A DNA stretch of 63,931 nucleotides, filler included, from Octopus bimaculoides (Eukaryota): the NCBI RefSeq assembly GCF_001194135.2. It is 5 parts of 5 records of this genome, joined end to end, with 100 filler letters (N's around TTAATTAATTAA, not from the genome) between each part and the next. Parts side by side here need not be neighbours in the genome. Positions count along the whole stretch, not along the records: positions 1 to 15,037 come from NC_068981.1; 4 more parts are not named here. One strand, written 5' to 3'. The notes beneath the pieces were generated by a model. That model saw only the letters and a program-made list of their open reading frames with translations. It was not told the origin of the DNA and made no database searches. Below are positions 1-14,500 of this stretch, piece after piece. The position numbers and the translations under genes were made by a program. Position 1 is the first letter of the stretch. Every line of letters begins with the position of its first letter.

Positions 1-38
<38 letters not shown>

Positions 39-74
39 ACAATCACGATATCTTACGTGGACCAAGGAACATAT

Positions 75-493
75 TTTTGCGGGATGAGCAATATATTCGT
101 GTAAATCAAGTACTCGAATGGTACTTTATTTTAATGATCTCAAAAGGATGAAGGGCAAAATTAACTCCGGTAAGATTTAAACTCACATCTTAGGAGCTGG
201 AAGACATACAGCGAGACATCTTGTCCGACGGACGCTCTAACTATTCTACTAATCCACCATCCTTAATGATAATAATAATAGTGATTTCAAATTTTGGCAA
301 AAGACCAGCAAGTTCATGGGTAGGGTTAAGTCGATTACATCGACCCTAGTACTTGACTGGTACTTATTTTATCGAGCCTAAAAGGGATGAAAGGTAAAGT
401 CGTCTTCGGCGGAATTTGAACTCAGAACGTAAAGATGGATAAACTACCGTTGAACATTTTGCCCTGCGCGCTAACGATTTGGCCAGTTCGCCG
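75..493 (-). mobile_element. Two tandem copies of tRNA-derived SINE family 'B' (about 75-262 degraded, about 285-493 well preserved)
   Basis: The reverse complement of 285-493 has a tRNA-like head (GGCGAACTGGCCAAATCGTTAGC...GTTCTGAGTTCAAATTCCGCC, with A- and B-box-like motifs). It continues through the GACTTTACCTTTCATCC...GATAAAATAAGTACCAGT body to an (ATT)n tail. The same sequence recurs about 19 times in the window. Confidence 0.9.
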
Positions 494-737
<244 letters not shown>

Positions 738-1719
738 TTCATTTATTTGCCACAAGGGCGAATGATGAGTGGGACAATACAAAGGCTGACATAAAATGTG
801 GGGATTTAATAATAATTTCTTTTATATTCTTTAATAATGATTTCTTTTAATAACAATAATAACAATAATGATAATTATAACAATTTCTAACGTAGGCAAA
901 TAAGTATAAATTATTATGATTATTAAATTCATTATTGTTATTATCATTTACAATAATGTATGAAATTTAGAACGATTCGTACGCTTCTTGCTTCATTTTC
1001 CTGGCGCGAAAAATTGTAGTTTAATGTTCCGCAGAGTGTATATTAAACTGCAAGAAATGAAAACTGCTTACAGGTCAATTTCTGCCATAGTAGTTTAGCG
1101 TCTAGCCAGTAACAGGGAAGATTATAGGGATACATAATTGTGTTGAGTTTTCTCTCTCAATGTATTTTTTGCTTTTTTAAAAAATTAAAGTTTATAAATG
1201 AAGATTTACAGACATACACGCATAAATAACCAGACGTTACCATGAAAATGGAGACTAAAAATTTTGAAGGTGAATGCATGCATACTTACATGCATCACAC
1301 ACTGACATGTATATATATATACATACATATATATGCGTATATACACACACACATATATATATACACACACATATATATACATATATATACACATATATAT
1401 ATTCATATATATATATACTTATATTTACACATTTTTCGTGTTTGTACATATATCTATATCTATTTATCTATATATGTACGCGTCTATATAGACAAGTGTA
1501 TATATACTTATCAATATATATTATATCCCATACAAGTGGAAATGAATCAACGCATGTCCACGTGAGTACCAATCATCTGGAGAGTCAATTCTTCAACAAC
1601 GTCCAAGTGAAACAGGCATATAGATGAATATGCTTATTGGTAAGCATATATACGGTAATATGTATATATGCACACACGTACACACAAACACACGCACTCA
1701 CACATTATTTGTATGTATA

Positions 1720-1750
<31 letters not shown>

Positions 1751-3228
1751 GTATGTGTGCATGTAGCATGTATTGTATGTATAGTTATTTCTTTGCTATA
1801 CATGTACAACTCTACATGTAGTATGTATAGTTGTTTTTTTTTTTAATTTTCTTTTCTTATAAATCAATGACGAGCTTGATAAATATTATTTGTTAAACAA
1901 ATGGGCAAAAGCTTTAGCAAAACGTACCACAATGACAACAATTTCAGCAACAGCAATATCTCAGAATATATGTTTTATCGATAAGAGCAATAGCATCAAA
2001 ACAGCAGCAACAGTAGTAACAGTTATGGGCATGAAGTCTTTGCTTAAAGACAACTATATTAAATGAAACGTTGATGTTTACGAGGACTAAAATGTGTTGT
2101 TCCGTTCGGCGTAAAACTAATTTAGTAGTGAATATGAGAGTGATGTTCGACTAAATCGTTTCTCATACCTTTACACGTATTTATTTCGGAAAGAGGAGAA
2201 GGATTGTCTCCTCAGTGGGGGTCGAACTCTGAATAATGTAGTACAAACACTAGATACGTTAAAGCAATATCTTATAGCAACGCTTGTAACTAAACTAATG
2301 ATTTCTAACTTCAGAACAAGCGCAGCACTATTTCAACATATATACAGCAAAGATATAGCGCACATTTTGAAGAGGTGTGTTTAATTGAATCAAGGCCTAT
2401 ACTTCACTTGAATTGTTGCTTATTACACGGCGAGGAAAAGAATGTAAAAGTCGAAATCTGTGGGATCTGAACTCAGAATATAAAGAGACGCAATGAAACA
2501 CTATAAGGCATTTCGTTCGAGATTTTACCATTTATTTCATTCTACAACTCTCCCTCGCTGTAATAATGAATCCATACTGAAGTACGATTTATAAGGAATG
2601 ACAAGTGGGGAATGTAGAAGGCTGTCAAGTATTCATACCTTTCTCAAATGCATATTTTTCAACTAATCACAAATGGTATGGCCACAGCGAAGAATCGAAA
2701 CTGGCTGGCTGATTCTGAGGACTTCTAGCTAACAAGTAGTCTAGGGTTCTGAGCATCCATGAATATTTTGTTCGGTGAGTGAAAATTAGGAAGGTATGGA
2801 ATTCATGCCGTGTCCAATTGCATTCCTCACACAAAGCTTCCAGTATATGATAAAATTATTATGGTATGGTACGAATATTAAATCATGAGGATGTCATAGA
2901 CTGGCTTAAGGCCACACATTTGTAAGGAAGGATAAAATCTTTTGAATTGACCGACGCCAATATATGACTGGATGCTTAATTTTATCGACCAGCCATAAAA
3001 GACGATAAGAGGCTAAGTCAAATCTGCCGTGATTTGAAATTAGTAGCACGTTATTCAGTCAATACTGTTAAATAGTGTATTTAGTCCGCTGTTCTCAGTT
3101 AAGATGTTTTGGATGAAAAAATAATGACGGATAATACGGAGGATGATGGAAGGAGAGTAAAAATAATCCAAATAAACTGTTGTTGTTGATGATGATGATG
3201 TTGATGATGATGGTAGTGATGATTATGA

Positions 3229-3270
<42 letters not shown>

Positions 3271-3538
3271 AACTGATAATGACGAAGTGGTGGTGATGGG
3301 AGAGAGAATAGTGATTATAGAAATCCGGTGTATCGTAAGGAATTCAAAAGAATCTGTTTGCTGAGAAAGTTTTAAATAAGTTTATGACTTTATACCAAAT
3401 ACTATCCTAATTGCATTCTTACCTGCTCTCTCTGCTCTAAACCCTGGCTATATTAATGAGGACGATAACAGTAGTGATGATAATGACAACGACGATGATG
3501 TCGATGACGAAGTATGGCGGCCATGAGTCTAATAACAC

Positions 3539-3584
<46 letters not shown>

Positions 3585-3604
3585 TTAATAATAATAATAA
3601 TAAT

Positions 3605-3650
<46 letters not shown>

Positions 3651-3676
3651 TTANNNNNNNNNNATTATTATTATTA

Positions 3677-4291
3677 TTTTATGCTTGACTTTTGCATTGC
3701 ATTTGTACAAGTTGGCTCCAAGTCTCACCCAGAGACCTCAAGAGACAAGTTAGAAGTTCATGCTGGTGTTATGCCTAGGGTGTTATATATTTGGTTGTGT
3801 ACATAGTATTGTTCTAGAGAATGGTTAAGAAACCGTAAGAAAATTATGTGTTTGTTTTAAAATTTGAGATTACATAGACAGTATTTTACGTAGGATATGG
3901 GTAGTTCCCATGAGCACTGTATTTTGAATTTCTGCCATTTTGTGATTTCCTGGTATCTGAGCTAGGTAGCAATCAGCACCTTTTGCTATCTGTTGTGTCG
4001 ACGACCTCAGGCGAAGAAGTAGGATCTCCCAAGACATATAAATAGAGATAGTCTGGCCATGGTAGGGGTGTTGAGTAGCAGTTGAGTAGCAGTTGTGTAC
4101 CGGTTGAGTAGAGATCATCCGAAGGTGCTAGATAGCAGTAACTTGAGACATAACACTATCATTCCTAGGACACCTATCACAACAGGTATTGTTTTAGTTT
4201 TCAGGTTCCACATTTTGCTAATTTCTATTTCAAGATCTTTATACTTGCTCGGTTTTTGGTAGGTCTTGACAGATACGTTTATATCGAAGGG
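3677..4291 (-). mobile_element. 5'-truncated R4/Dong-clade non-LTR retrotransposon: C-terminal restriction-like endonuclease region plus 3' UTR, interrupted by a solo LTR
   Basis: The minus strand translates to DINVSVKTYQKPSKYKDLEIEISKMWNLKTKTIPVVIGVLGMI|AKGADCYLAQIPGNHKMAEIQNTVLMGTTHILRKILSM*. This matches the KYxDL/IPVVIGALG/TAHILRK pattern of R4/Dong RLE domains. The 3' end runs into (TAA)n on the element strand. Confidence 0.88.
3991..4155. mobile_element. Solo LTR (165 bp) with 5-bp target-site duplication CTATC
   Basis: It starts TGTTG and ends ATAACA (TG...CA). CTATC flanks it at 3986-3990 and 4156-4160. Removing it plus one TSD copy rejoins the Dong reading frame. Confidence 0.85.
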
Positions 4292-4292
4292 G

Positions 4293-4344
<52 letters not shown>

Positions 4345-4364
<20 letters not shown>

Positions 4365-4740
4365 GCTGCAGTTTTATATAATTGTAGGAATACTTTGTCC
4401 TATCGGGTGCAGCTCCATGCACCTCAACTAAGAGCGGGTGTGCACTGGGTATTCTATTGATAAGATTCCACAAAATATGTAGTCATGCAGTACCTACAAG
4501 TGCTGTTTTCTTCATGTTGTGTACGGGTATGATTTCTAGAGTTTACATGCTGCATGTTTAATCATACATAATGGTTAATTATTCATCATGTACCTATTAT
4601 TATAAAGATAGTTTCTGTTTACTATACCAATATTCTATTTATCTCAGTCTCGAGGTCTTTATATTTTTTAGTTTCTCTAATTCTTTTGGTGATATATTAT
4701 TATCTGATGAGATTGGCACATAATCGTCGACAACAGTAAC
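4345..4740 (-). mobile_element. Second, more decayed R4/Dong LINE 3' fragment
   Basis: The minus strand reads DYVPISSDNNISPKELEKL(fs)KYKDLETEINRI, the same RLE region with a frameshift. (ATT)n arrays bound it on both sides. Confidence 0.7.
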
Positions 4741-4742
4741 CA

Positions 4743-4790
<48 letters not shown>

Positions 4791-4796
4791 GTTATT

Positions 4797-5012
4797 CAGG
4801 CGACGAGCTGGCAGAATCGTTAGTAGGCCGATCAAAATGCTTAGCGGTATTTCGTTGATCTTTACGCTCTCAGTTCAAATTCCACGCCTAGGTCGACTTT
4901 GCCTTTCCTCCCTTCGTGGTCGATAAAATAAGTACTAGTTGAGCACTGTGGTCTATGTAATCGAATATCTCCTCCCTCAAAATTTCAGGCCTTGTGCTTA
5001 GAGTAAAAAGTA
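4797..5012 (+). mobile_element. SINE family B, full length; the only plus-strand copy recognised
   Basis: GGCGACGAGCTGGCAGAATCGTTAG...CAGTTCAAATTCC...GGTCGATAAAATAAGTACTAGTTGAGCACTG...GGCCTTGTGCTTAGAGTA, then an (ATT/ATC)n tail. Confidence 0.9.
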
Positions 5013-5043
5013 TTGTTATGGATCATTATTATCATCATCATCA

Positions 5044-5125
<82 letters not shown>

Positions 5126-5785
5126 TGTTATCAACATATATACTACTATCATATATGATCGTGTGTGTGTGTGCGTGTGTGTGTATGTGTGTGTGTGTGT
5201 GCGTGTGCATGCATGTGTGCGCATGTAAGACATTGCATTGAATAGCAATGCCTTGCATAATGCTATAACTAGTGCAGTACCCTTAAAAATGATGGTATTT
5301 GATTAGTATTTCCTGATATTTCTGTTGTAAGCTTCCTTGCTTCTGTTACTTCTCGTGTGTCTTGTCATTTTGCTGCACTTCTCTCCAGTCCTCACCCGAC
5401 ATTGGGTTTTGATTTTGATGAAAGTTTTCCTGCAGTTCGAAGTCAGACACTGTCTCTGCGATCGAAGAATTTTTCATGTGCATGATTTGCAATTACTTTC
5501 CGTGTGTCTAAAACGTATTATCTTCATTTCTTTACTCTTACGCTCTCACTCTAGAAGTCTCCTTCATTATTTTTACATACGTATTTCAGTATTTTTTCTT
5601 TTCCAGTTTTGATATTCTTAATTATTATAGCTCAATGTCCTTCTCTGCAAACTGCTTTACAGTACTGTAGATTTTTAGGGATTTATGACGGATATGAAAG
5701 AAGTAAAAGGATAACCTTCATCATCAACTTTACTATCAGCTTCATTCTCATCAAAATTATTATTATCAAGAAATATAGATAGTTC

Positions 5786-5840
<55 letters not shown>

Positions 5841-8448
5841 CTTGTCTGTCTGTTTGTCGGTCTAATTGACTTTCTTTTCTCACATCAAACCTTGCCCCAC
5901 CTCTTCTGTTTATTCTCAAATGTCTACCCTCCTTACACTTTGTTATCTTTCAAAAGCGTCTCTATCTATATATCTATTATTTTCGCATCAGCTCCCTCTC
6001 TTTACCTTCGGTATTTATACTCGATACCTCAATAATTCTCTCACTCTGATGCAAAGTTCTAACTTTTTTTTCCCCACTACGCTTCATTTTATAAAATACA
6101 TTCATGAAATCTTTCTTACTCTTTTATTCCTGAGCTTTCTGTGTATGCTCGCCACACTGTGAACGGTAACTAATTATTTCTTCTCTCGCGTCCTTATTTT
6201 CCGTTAGTATCCCAACTCTCTGTTCATCTATCTAATCTATTTCTTTCTTTCATCACTCTACCTATTTCACTACAAGCACTGCTTTCTCCTTTGACATTCA
6301 CATAGAGTGTAACCACGTGTTCAAAACCCTATAAACAACGAATGTGACATGTAATTTGATGTTTTTGTATAGAGAAAGCATTTTCTAATCCTGGCAGTAT
6401 TTGAAAGAATTATTTTTCTTTTGTTTTTGATTTGTTCTTTTATTTTTAACAATTCATGAAGAAACATAAATAAACGTCTCGTATATCTCGAAGATGAGCT
6501 TCTTTGTAGAACTAGATCTTAAAACTCTTGTTTTCGGGGTACAGCAAATGACTACGAAATATAACTCCATACAACTCTGGGTAGTTCGCTAAAATATTTT
6601 AAAGACCATTCTTAGATGATCGGCAAATTTTTTTCTTTAAGCTTGGTAATGTACATTAATGTTTTCTACTCCTTAGAAGGTTTATAGGAAAGATATTCAA
6701 AGTCGACACATTTGTGGTGACACAGAAGTTCTAAAAAATCTTTTCGTTAGTGAAAATATTTTCATTTTCAGTTTTTTTCACATTTTTAATAATTCTAGCT
6801 GAACGTTCTAGGCTCTGAACAATTTTTTTTTACAGTTCGACAAATCTGGTGAGATCTATCTCTGATGTGACAGAAATAAAATTGAATCATAATCAATATC
6901 ATCATCAGCTTCATCATCATCATCATCATCATCACTACCACTGCAGTAGTTTTATCATTATTGTGTGTTCTTCACTGCATTGCTGACTGAAGCTTGCAGT
7001 GCTTTTACACAGCGCATGCGCGGAATTATAACGATTGATGGAAAATATTTTGGCAGTCAAGAATTTTTCAATCTTTGCATTTGTAATTGATTCGTCTGGA
7101 ATGATATGATACACAACCACTTACGTAAAATCATTGGTAGATTATCTACAAAGATACACCTAAGCACGTTCTACATAAACCGAGATGATAGAATATGTAA
7201 ATATTACTAGAGTGATCTCACATGCTATATGGTTGCCTTAATTCTTTCAGATACGAGAAGTGAAACACCTCCAGCATTTATCCAATAAAACAAGACAATA
7301 AAACTGGTAGAATATCACAAGTTATAACAGTGCGCTGAAACCAGCCCAATACTGTTACCTTCCACAGTTGACATCGGCCTGATTTGAACCAAGGACGTAA
7401 ACCGAAAGAAATTTGCCTGATACTCTATGGAATCTGTAATACACTACCATTCATATAACAATAAAACAGTTGATAAATGCAAAACTGACAAAAGTGATGA
7501 AAATGATGACTGTGATAGTTGCGGCAAAGGTGATATGTGTTGACATGTTAACAATAAAACTGTGATGATAATGACGACAATGGTGCTTATGGTACGCAAA
7601 ACTAAGAAAAAGCACTCTTTCTGTGGATCATTGTTTCATCACAACGTAGCTTGACAACCGGAAATGATATATATATATATATATATATATATATNNNNNN
7701 NNNNNNNNNNNNNNNNNNNNNNNNNNNNNNNNNNNNNNNNNNNNNNNNNNNNNNNNNNNNNNNNNNNNNNNNNNNNNNNNNNNNNNNNNNNNNNNNNNNN
7801 NNNNNNNNNNNNNNNNATATTTATATATTTGATCCTTTATATTGAACACTCAATATTTCATCTACATTCAATACTTTATTTCATGGTGCCATCCATTTTT
7901 ATTTTATTTTATATTATATATTGTATATTATATTATATATTGTATATTCCATATTCTATACCCCACATTAGTTCTGCAGGAATATAAATAAAACATAAAA
8001 AACAGACAGTGTTGGAACTCTTTTAAGCAAACTAATATATTCCTCTATACACAATCATACAAAAAAATCCACCTTTTTTTGTATTTATTTTTACTCGCAT
8101 GTATATATATATATATATACATATATAATATATATATATATATATAATATATATATATGATATATATATATGTATATAATATATATATATGTATGTATGT
8201 GTGTATATATGCAAGTATGTGTGTGTATGTGTGTGTGTGGCTCTATGCATGTATATATATGTCTATATAGATGCGCATACATTGATACACACATGCACAG
8301 CACATATAATTCTACCTACACATATAGAATGTATTTGTGTAAGATTTAAAAAATTTACTTCTACATTTTGTAATGTCATCCCGGTATTTTTCAGTGTTTT
8401 TGAATATAATGCGTAATAATAATGACAATAATATTAATAATAATAGTG

Positions 8449-8515
<67 letters not shown>

Positions 8516-8675
8516 TAATAATAATAATAATAATATACCCACACCCATTTACATATATATGTGTATATATATACACACACATGAAGAATATCAGTAAAAA
8601 AAAATGTGAAATAACTATTGAAATGAGCTAACGTCTCCAACCTAAGTACCCTTACTGGAGGAAATTACATCTATA

Positions 8676-8755
<80 letters not shown>

Positions 8756-9299
8756 AATATAATTGGGCACACAGTATTTATTGTGTTTGTTGATCTACTA
8801 CTTTAATAAATTTGACGTGTAACTCTTAAAATGATTGAAGCGTTAAGTAGAACTTAAACTGTAAATGATTTGGCATATTGGACTTTAAACAAGTCTGAGT
8901 ATGTACAAAAACTCATTTTATACACCCCGAGTGCATAAAAACGGCGAAGTAAACCGTAGTGATATTTAGATTCACAACAAAAATGGAATCGCGATTGAGA
9001 AAGCACAATGGCATTTTTCCGAGGCAGCGGCCTACTGTGTCTTCTTATCCATTGCTTCGGTTTAGTTTCCCTTTGTTTAAGCACAGGGACTCTATATTTT
9101 AGAAGAAGAAATTCTGTTAGTGTTGTCTATGTTTGATGAGAATAATCGTCTCTTTTATAATTTGTCCAAGAAAATAAACAATAGAAAGGGATGTACATAT
9201 AATTGGAACCACTTTGACTAATGCAACGCTACTCACCACAATGAGTAGTAAGAATGCTCTCGCATCTTCATGTATATGAACTGTAGTTGCCTAATAAAA

Positions 9300-10030
9300 A
9301 TTCTTACATAGCCAGAAAACTTTAGAAAGTCGAGTCAGCGAGACGTATCTAAATACCGCAAAACATTTTGTCCGATACACTATTGATTCTGGTTATTTTG
9401 CTTATCCACTAACCTTTGAAGTAGTATAATAATAATAGATTGAAAGCGTGCATCAACTGGTATGTTACATCGAATCATAGGTTACACCTTGATTTCTCAT
9501 CCCTGAATTTTCAAGATGACGTGAGAAAACTATAACAAGCAAAAGAAGGTATTTCTGACTCTAATCTAACAGAGCTAAACGCTGCACAATAGCTACTATC
9601 AACTTTAAGTACGAACTGTAAACTGGGGCATACCGCTTTGGAATATGACATTACTTTGTTCCCTATCTACTTAAATTACTCAATTGATAGAGCATACAAA
9701 AATTATCGTTTTCAATACCCGTACAAAACCACAGAATTTCGGTAAAAGTTCAGTCGATTAAATCAATTCTAGCAGTTTTAGCTGACTCATTATTTATCGA
9801 CCTCAGAAGGATGGAAGGTAAACTAGCGCCCAAATAAAATTGAATACCGTAGAAGGCAATTTTTCCCACCGCTGAAATTATGGCAGGGGTCTTGACTTTT
9901 ACTTTATATTACTGATATCGAGAGTATGAAATGTAAAGTTGCTTTCGGTGAGATTTGAAACTCAGAACCAACAGTTAGTTTAAATACCACAACAAATTAA
10001 AACTTTTTTTCTGATTTTGTAATGATCTAC
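9300..10030 (-). mobile_element. Cluster of decayed SINE-B fragments (about 9300-9400, 9735-9860, 9885-10030)
   Basis: Degenerate matches to the TTTATCGACC..GAAAGGATGAAAGG..AAAGT..GGAATTTGAACTCAGAAC motif. Similar decayed copies lie at about 2330-2530, 2930-3050, 7345-7425 and 13255-13420. Confidence 0.7.
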
Positions 10031-11502
10031 CAATCCACAGCCCTTGTGGTACTGTAAATAATAATAATAATTTTTAAGATGGTGGGGCGCTTCCTGAAAA
10101 CTCTCAACCTACAGATCAATCATGTTTGGATAGACGAAAGGTAAGATTTGAACCTACTATTTAGATGGGATGTAACTAAATCTGGTAACATGTATATTTG
10201 CTGCTCTAACAAATTTCTTATCCACTATTATAACATTTTTGTGTGTAATACACTGGACAACGATTTAAATTTTATATTTCTTTCTCTTCCTGTGAAATAT
10301 AATTACATAAAATTTCATAAATTTTCGTTTCAGATTTGGTGTAAGAATGCGATGAAATAAATCAAGCAAGGCCAAAACCAAAATTGAAAAACATTTAAAA
10401 ATTACCCCACCTCTTTCCCCAAAAGAAGCACAATGAAAAACAAACTATCGCAGTTTCAAAAATTCAAAGAATAAAAATATAAATATAAAAAAATTAATTA
10501 TGTGATAGTGGAAAACTGGCTTCTTTTCTGTGGCACAATTGCTCTATATTTTGATGAGTAAAAACTGACAAATAATATGTAACAAATGGTTTCACCAGAA
10601 AGTGAAGAATGTGGTTACTTGTTACCTATGCGTGTAACTCATTTTAATGATAATATTTTTCAGAAATAAAGTATTATAAATACATACAGGTATTCTTGCA
10701 CGTGTGTGTGTATGTGAATATATGTGTGTGTGTGAATATGTGTGTACCCCGTACTAAAATTGATGTTGTTCGTGACTTCCTTGTAAAGTAGAGACAGATA
10801 AAATAAGTAGAAGTAGTGGTTAATACTGCTATTTTAATCCCATGAGGATAGTCCTCTAGTTGGTTCTGCGGTGCACTGGAAGAGGTGTTCTCCTGAGGTT
10901 AGAATAGCAGTATCGTCGGTTCCTAGGGAAAATCCATGTTTAGGTGATGTCAAACAATACTTCCCAGTATGAATACTGCTTTCATCTGTTATAGAGATTT
11001 TCTTGACTATTTAGTTTGCTTGTTAATAAACTAAGTACTAGATTGAAATAAGAACAAGGGTCGATATGATCGACTATAACTCTTGAAGATGATGCTTCGA
11101 GCATAGTCATTGTCTAATGACTGACACCAGTACAAGAACAGTCGTTAATTTTTCGATTCTGCAGTACGTCAGTTAACGCTCATTTCAAAATTACATACTC
11201 CTGAGAATTTCGATGGATAACATGAAACTCTTTCGTTTTGAAAGTTAAAATAAGCAGGGCATATAGTTTTTTTTATGGTCATAGCTTGAACGCCTTTCAC
11301 CATATATGGTGAATAGCACCACAGGTGCTATTCCATCAGTGCTGGGATCCGGTTAAAATAATATCATCAACAAATATTATACATTCAAGTGAAATGTTTT
11401 CCATTCTTGATTATTAACCCACCCACCCATCTATGTATGTATGTATGTATGTATGTATGTATGTATCTATCTATCTATCTATCTATCTAACACTTGTCTC
11501 GT

Positions 11503-11534
<32 letters not shown>

Positions 11535-14500
11535 AAGAGACGTATTCGATATATTAGGATAGTTATCCGTAATATATTTCCTTTGTGTAATTGTTGCTTT
11601 GTAAGTGTCATTTTTGTAATTTGATTCATTATATAATTCTGAATCAATTATTTCGGCTCTAACAGTATTATTTTCCTATCTTTATAATTAGCGATGTTCT
11701 TCAAATACATTTAACGTATATAAATATCTCTATAAATAGAGTAGCATACTTGTATAAATTCTGCTATTATCAACTCACTGAAACGTATGTGTTACATTCT
11801 TTTTTTTTTTTATCAATGACCGTTTAGTTTTAAAGAGCTAATATTTAGTATAAACATACCTACATTTTCTTTTTTCAATGCAGACTTTGAAATTGGTTGA
11901 TTTATTTGTATTTCATGTTATTAAAATAGCTTAATATTTCAAGTAAAAGAAAAATGGCTAATTATCTAAAAATTTCTTTTAAGATGTGAACAAATAAAAA
12001 TTCTTACGGCAGACACATACATACATACATACATACATATATACATACAAACGGACAGATAACACAAACGCATGTTATATCAGGTGCAAAACCTTACGCG
12101 TTTCCTATTTTCTATTCCTGTCACTGCATCCCATCGTTTTTCTTTTTCTTTGTCTTCTCTCCTTCTATTAACGTTTCCTTATATATGCGATACGTAACAT
12201 AAGACTAATTTTTCAAGATGCTTAGTAGTTAAAAGTGTTACAATTTGTTTTGTTTAAAAAACATTAAATATTTTTGAATTAAAGTCAGTATAAAGTCCGC
12301 TTCAGAGTAAATTTCTCAAATTCTAAGAATGGGATTAATTTACACTCATGACATTGAGAGAAGTAGTAACGTAATGGAATATAATTATCATCACTTAAGA
12401 TATGAACCCTGATCAGCATGTCAGACCACCCGGAGTTGATCTTGAGTCACAGTTTAACCACAAATATAAATTTTATTACTAGTTTTGTTTTCTACACAAA
12501 ACAGTTCAATAATCGAGATGGAAATAAAAAGAAATGAAATGTTACTGATTTTTTGAAGAATATTTTCAGTCTATGTGAAGAGAATTGGCATTAAAGGGGA
12601 ATTATAATAGCATTGCCGTCTTGGCTGCACAGATGCTTACCTTTTGTTCAACGACGATCGCTACAACTAAAGTCATGTTACGATAGAGGAGAGCTGATGC
12701 AGAGAGTTGATTATTGGATTAGATACTGTTTCCAATTCAGTAAATCGTCTAGTTGAGTCTGAATCACATACAGAATAGAACTTCGATTCCATCCTCGCTA
12801 TGCAATGAAATATACGCATTCAATAATCAAAAATAAGCAGACGATACAAAAAAAAAAACAGATTAAATTATCTTACCAATACTTAAAGTGCCATCACTAC
12901 CCTATATGTGTGTGTGTCTGTGTGTGCGTGTGCGTATGTGTGCGCTTGTGTGCGTGTATGCGTGTGTGTGTGTACGTGAGTGTGTGTTTATAAAAGTAAA
13001 AACATTATAAAAAAATAAGCATAATGTTATCACTGTTATATATTGCATCTAATATTGAAGCGTGTTTCAATGTCGGATAACAATTGCCTTTGTTTAATTA
13101 AATAAACTAAGAAGTACCCTTAAAAGTGGAATGAAAATATGAATTTGTGAAATATTTTCTATCAAAACAAATTAAAAAAACTTGCCACATTTATATGTGT
13201 TTTTAGTATTGTTGGCTATTACTATTAATTTCTCGCACTGGTATTAGGCCAAACTTATTTTGTTGGGCGTAAAGTCAATTAAATCGTCTCCATCACTTGG
13301 ATGTACTTATTTTGTCGACATCAAAAAGAGGAAAGAGAAAGTTGACCTCGGCTGATCAGAATGTAAAGTGACGTAACTAAATATCGCATGGTATTTTGTC
13401 CCACACTCGAACGATTCTACCAATCCATCTATATAACTAGTAGTAATGATATTTCTTTTTTATCATATTGGTCTATGGTCGTCAGGAGGATGATCTGAAG
13501 CCGTAAACATAACAAGTAATATTTAGAGTTATCTCGGAGTATATTTGATATATTTAGTGTTAATATATTAGAAGTACAATTAGAAATTCCCAAGATTAAC
13601 ATAAGAATATATGTAATGAAAGAAAGGAAATAACCTTTTTTGAAGTAATACTTTTAGAATGTAATGATTTGATAATATTTTTTTCTTAGATTTACATTTA
13701 TTCACATATATTCCTACATGGTAATCATTATTGTATTTATTAGCTTTTGTTTCCATCAAACTAACATTGTAAATGTATTTAAGAATATGAAAAATAGGCA
13801 ATTTCGTTTTCAACTTTCGTTTTAAAACTCGTTCTCTGCTTTTGAATGTCACGACGACTTTAGATTGAAGGAAGTCTTTCTGAGACAAATAATGTGGTTT
13901 AATAGTGTAGATAATAACCACTACAATACGAAATTGAGAAAAATTAGTTTATCCTGAAAAGTGCATTAGATAACTTAAATTTGTTTTTATAAAAATCTTC
14001 TATATATATATATTCTCTATTTTCAGTGCAAACTTCCAAATATACTCCTGATGATTCAGGTAGATTCAACTGATACATATCTGAGAGAATTTTGGTGGCT
14101 TAGATTATTTTGAATAAATTCATTTGCATTTTAACAAATACTATTAATATTAGATTTTAAAATACGAAGAAGGAATATGTGTTGCATGAAAAAGAGATAA
14201 ATCTAAGTATTTGGAAACATATCTATATATAATATATGTTGTGTGCTGGTATATATTCAACTGGTGGTTTATATTGATTGCTCAATTATTATAAAGTGAA
14301 ATGTGGATATTCTGAGGAGACTTTTTTTGTAAATTAGTAGCAATAGATGTGCTGAAACAGTTTAATAAAATGCTAAAGATTTGTAGTATCATTTTAAATA
14401 TATCCATTGGGAAATAATCTGTAATTAATATATTTTCAAAATTATGTTTGTTGAACGTTTACCACAAGGTATTAAACTATCAATGACTTTGGAAGATATA

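Noticed and set aside
5330-5760. Minus-strand cysteine-rich decayed frame (CKSC..CRKTF..QCRVRTGEK) suggesting a piggyBac C-terminus or a C2H2 finger
   Set aside because: Stops, missing zinc ligands and no clear TTAA/TIR ends make it too ambiguous without TBLASTN.
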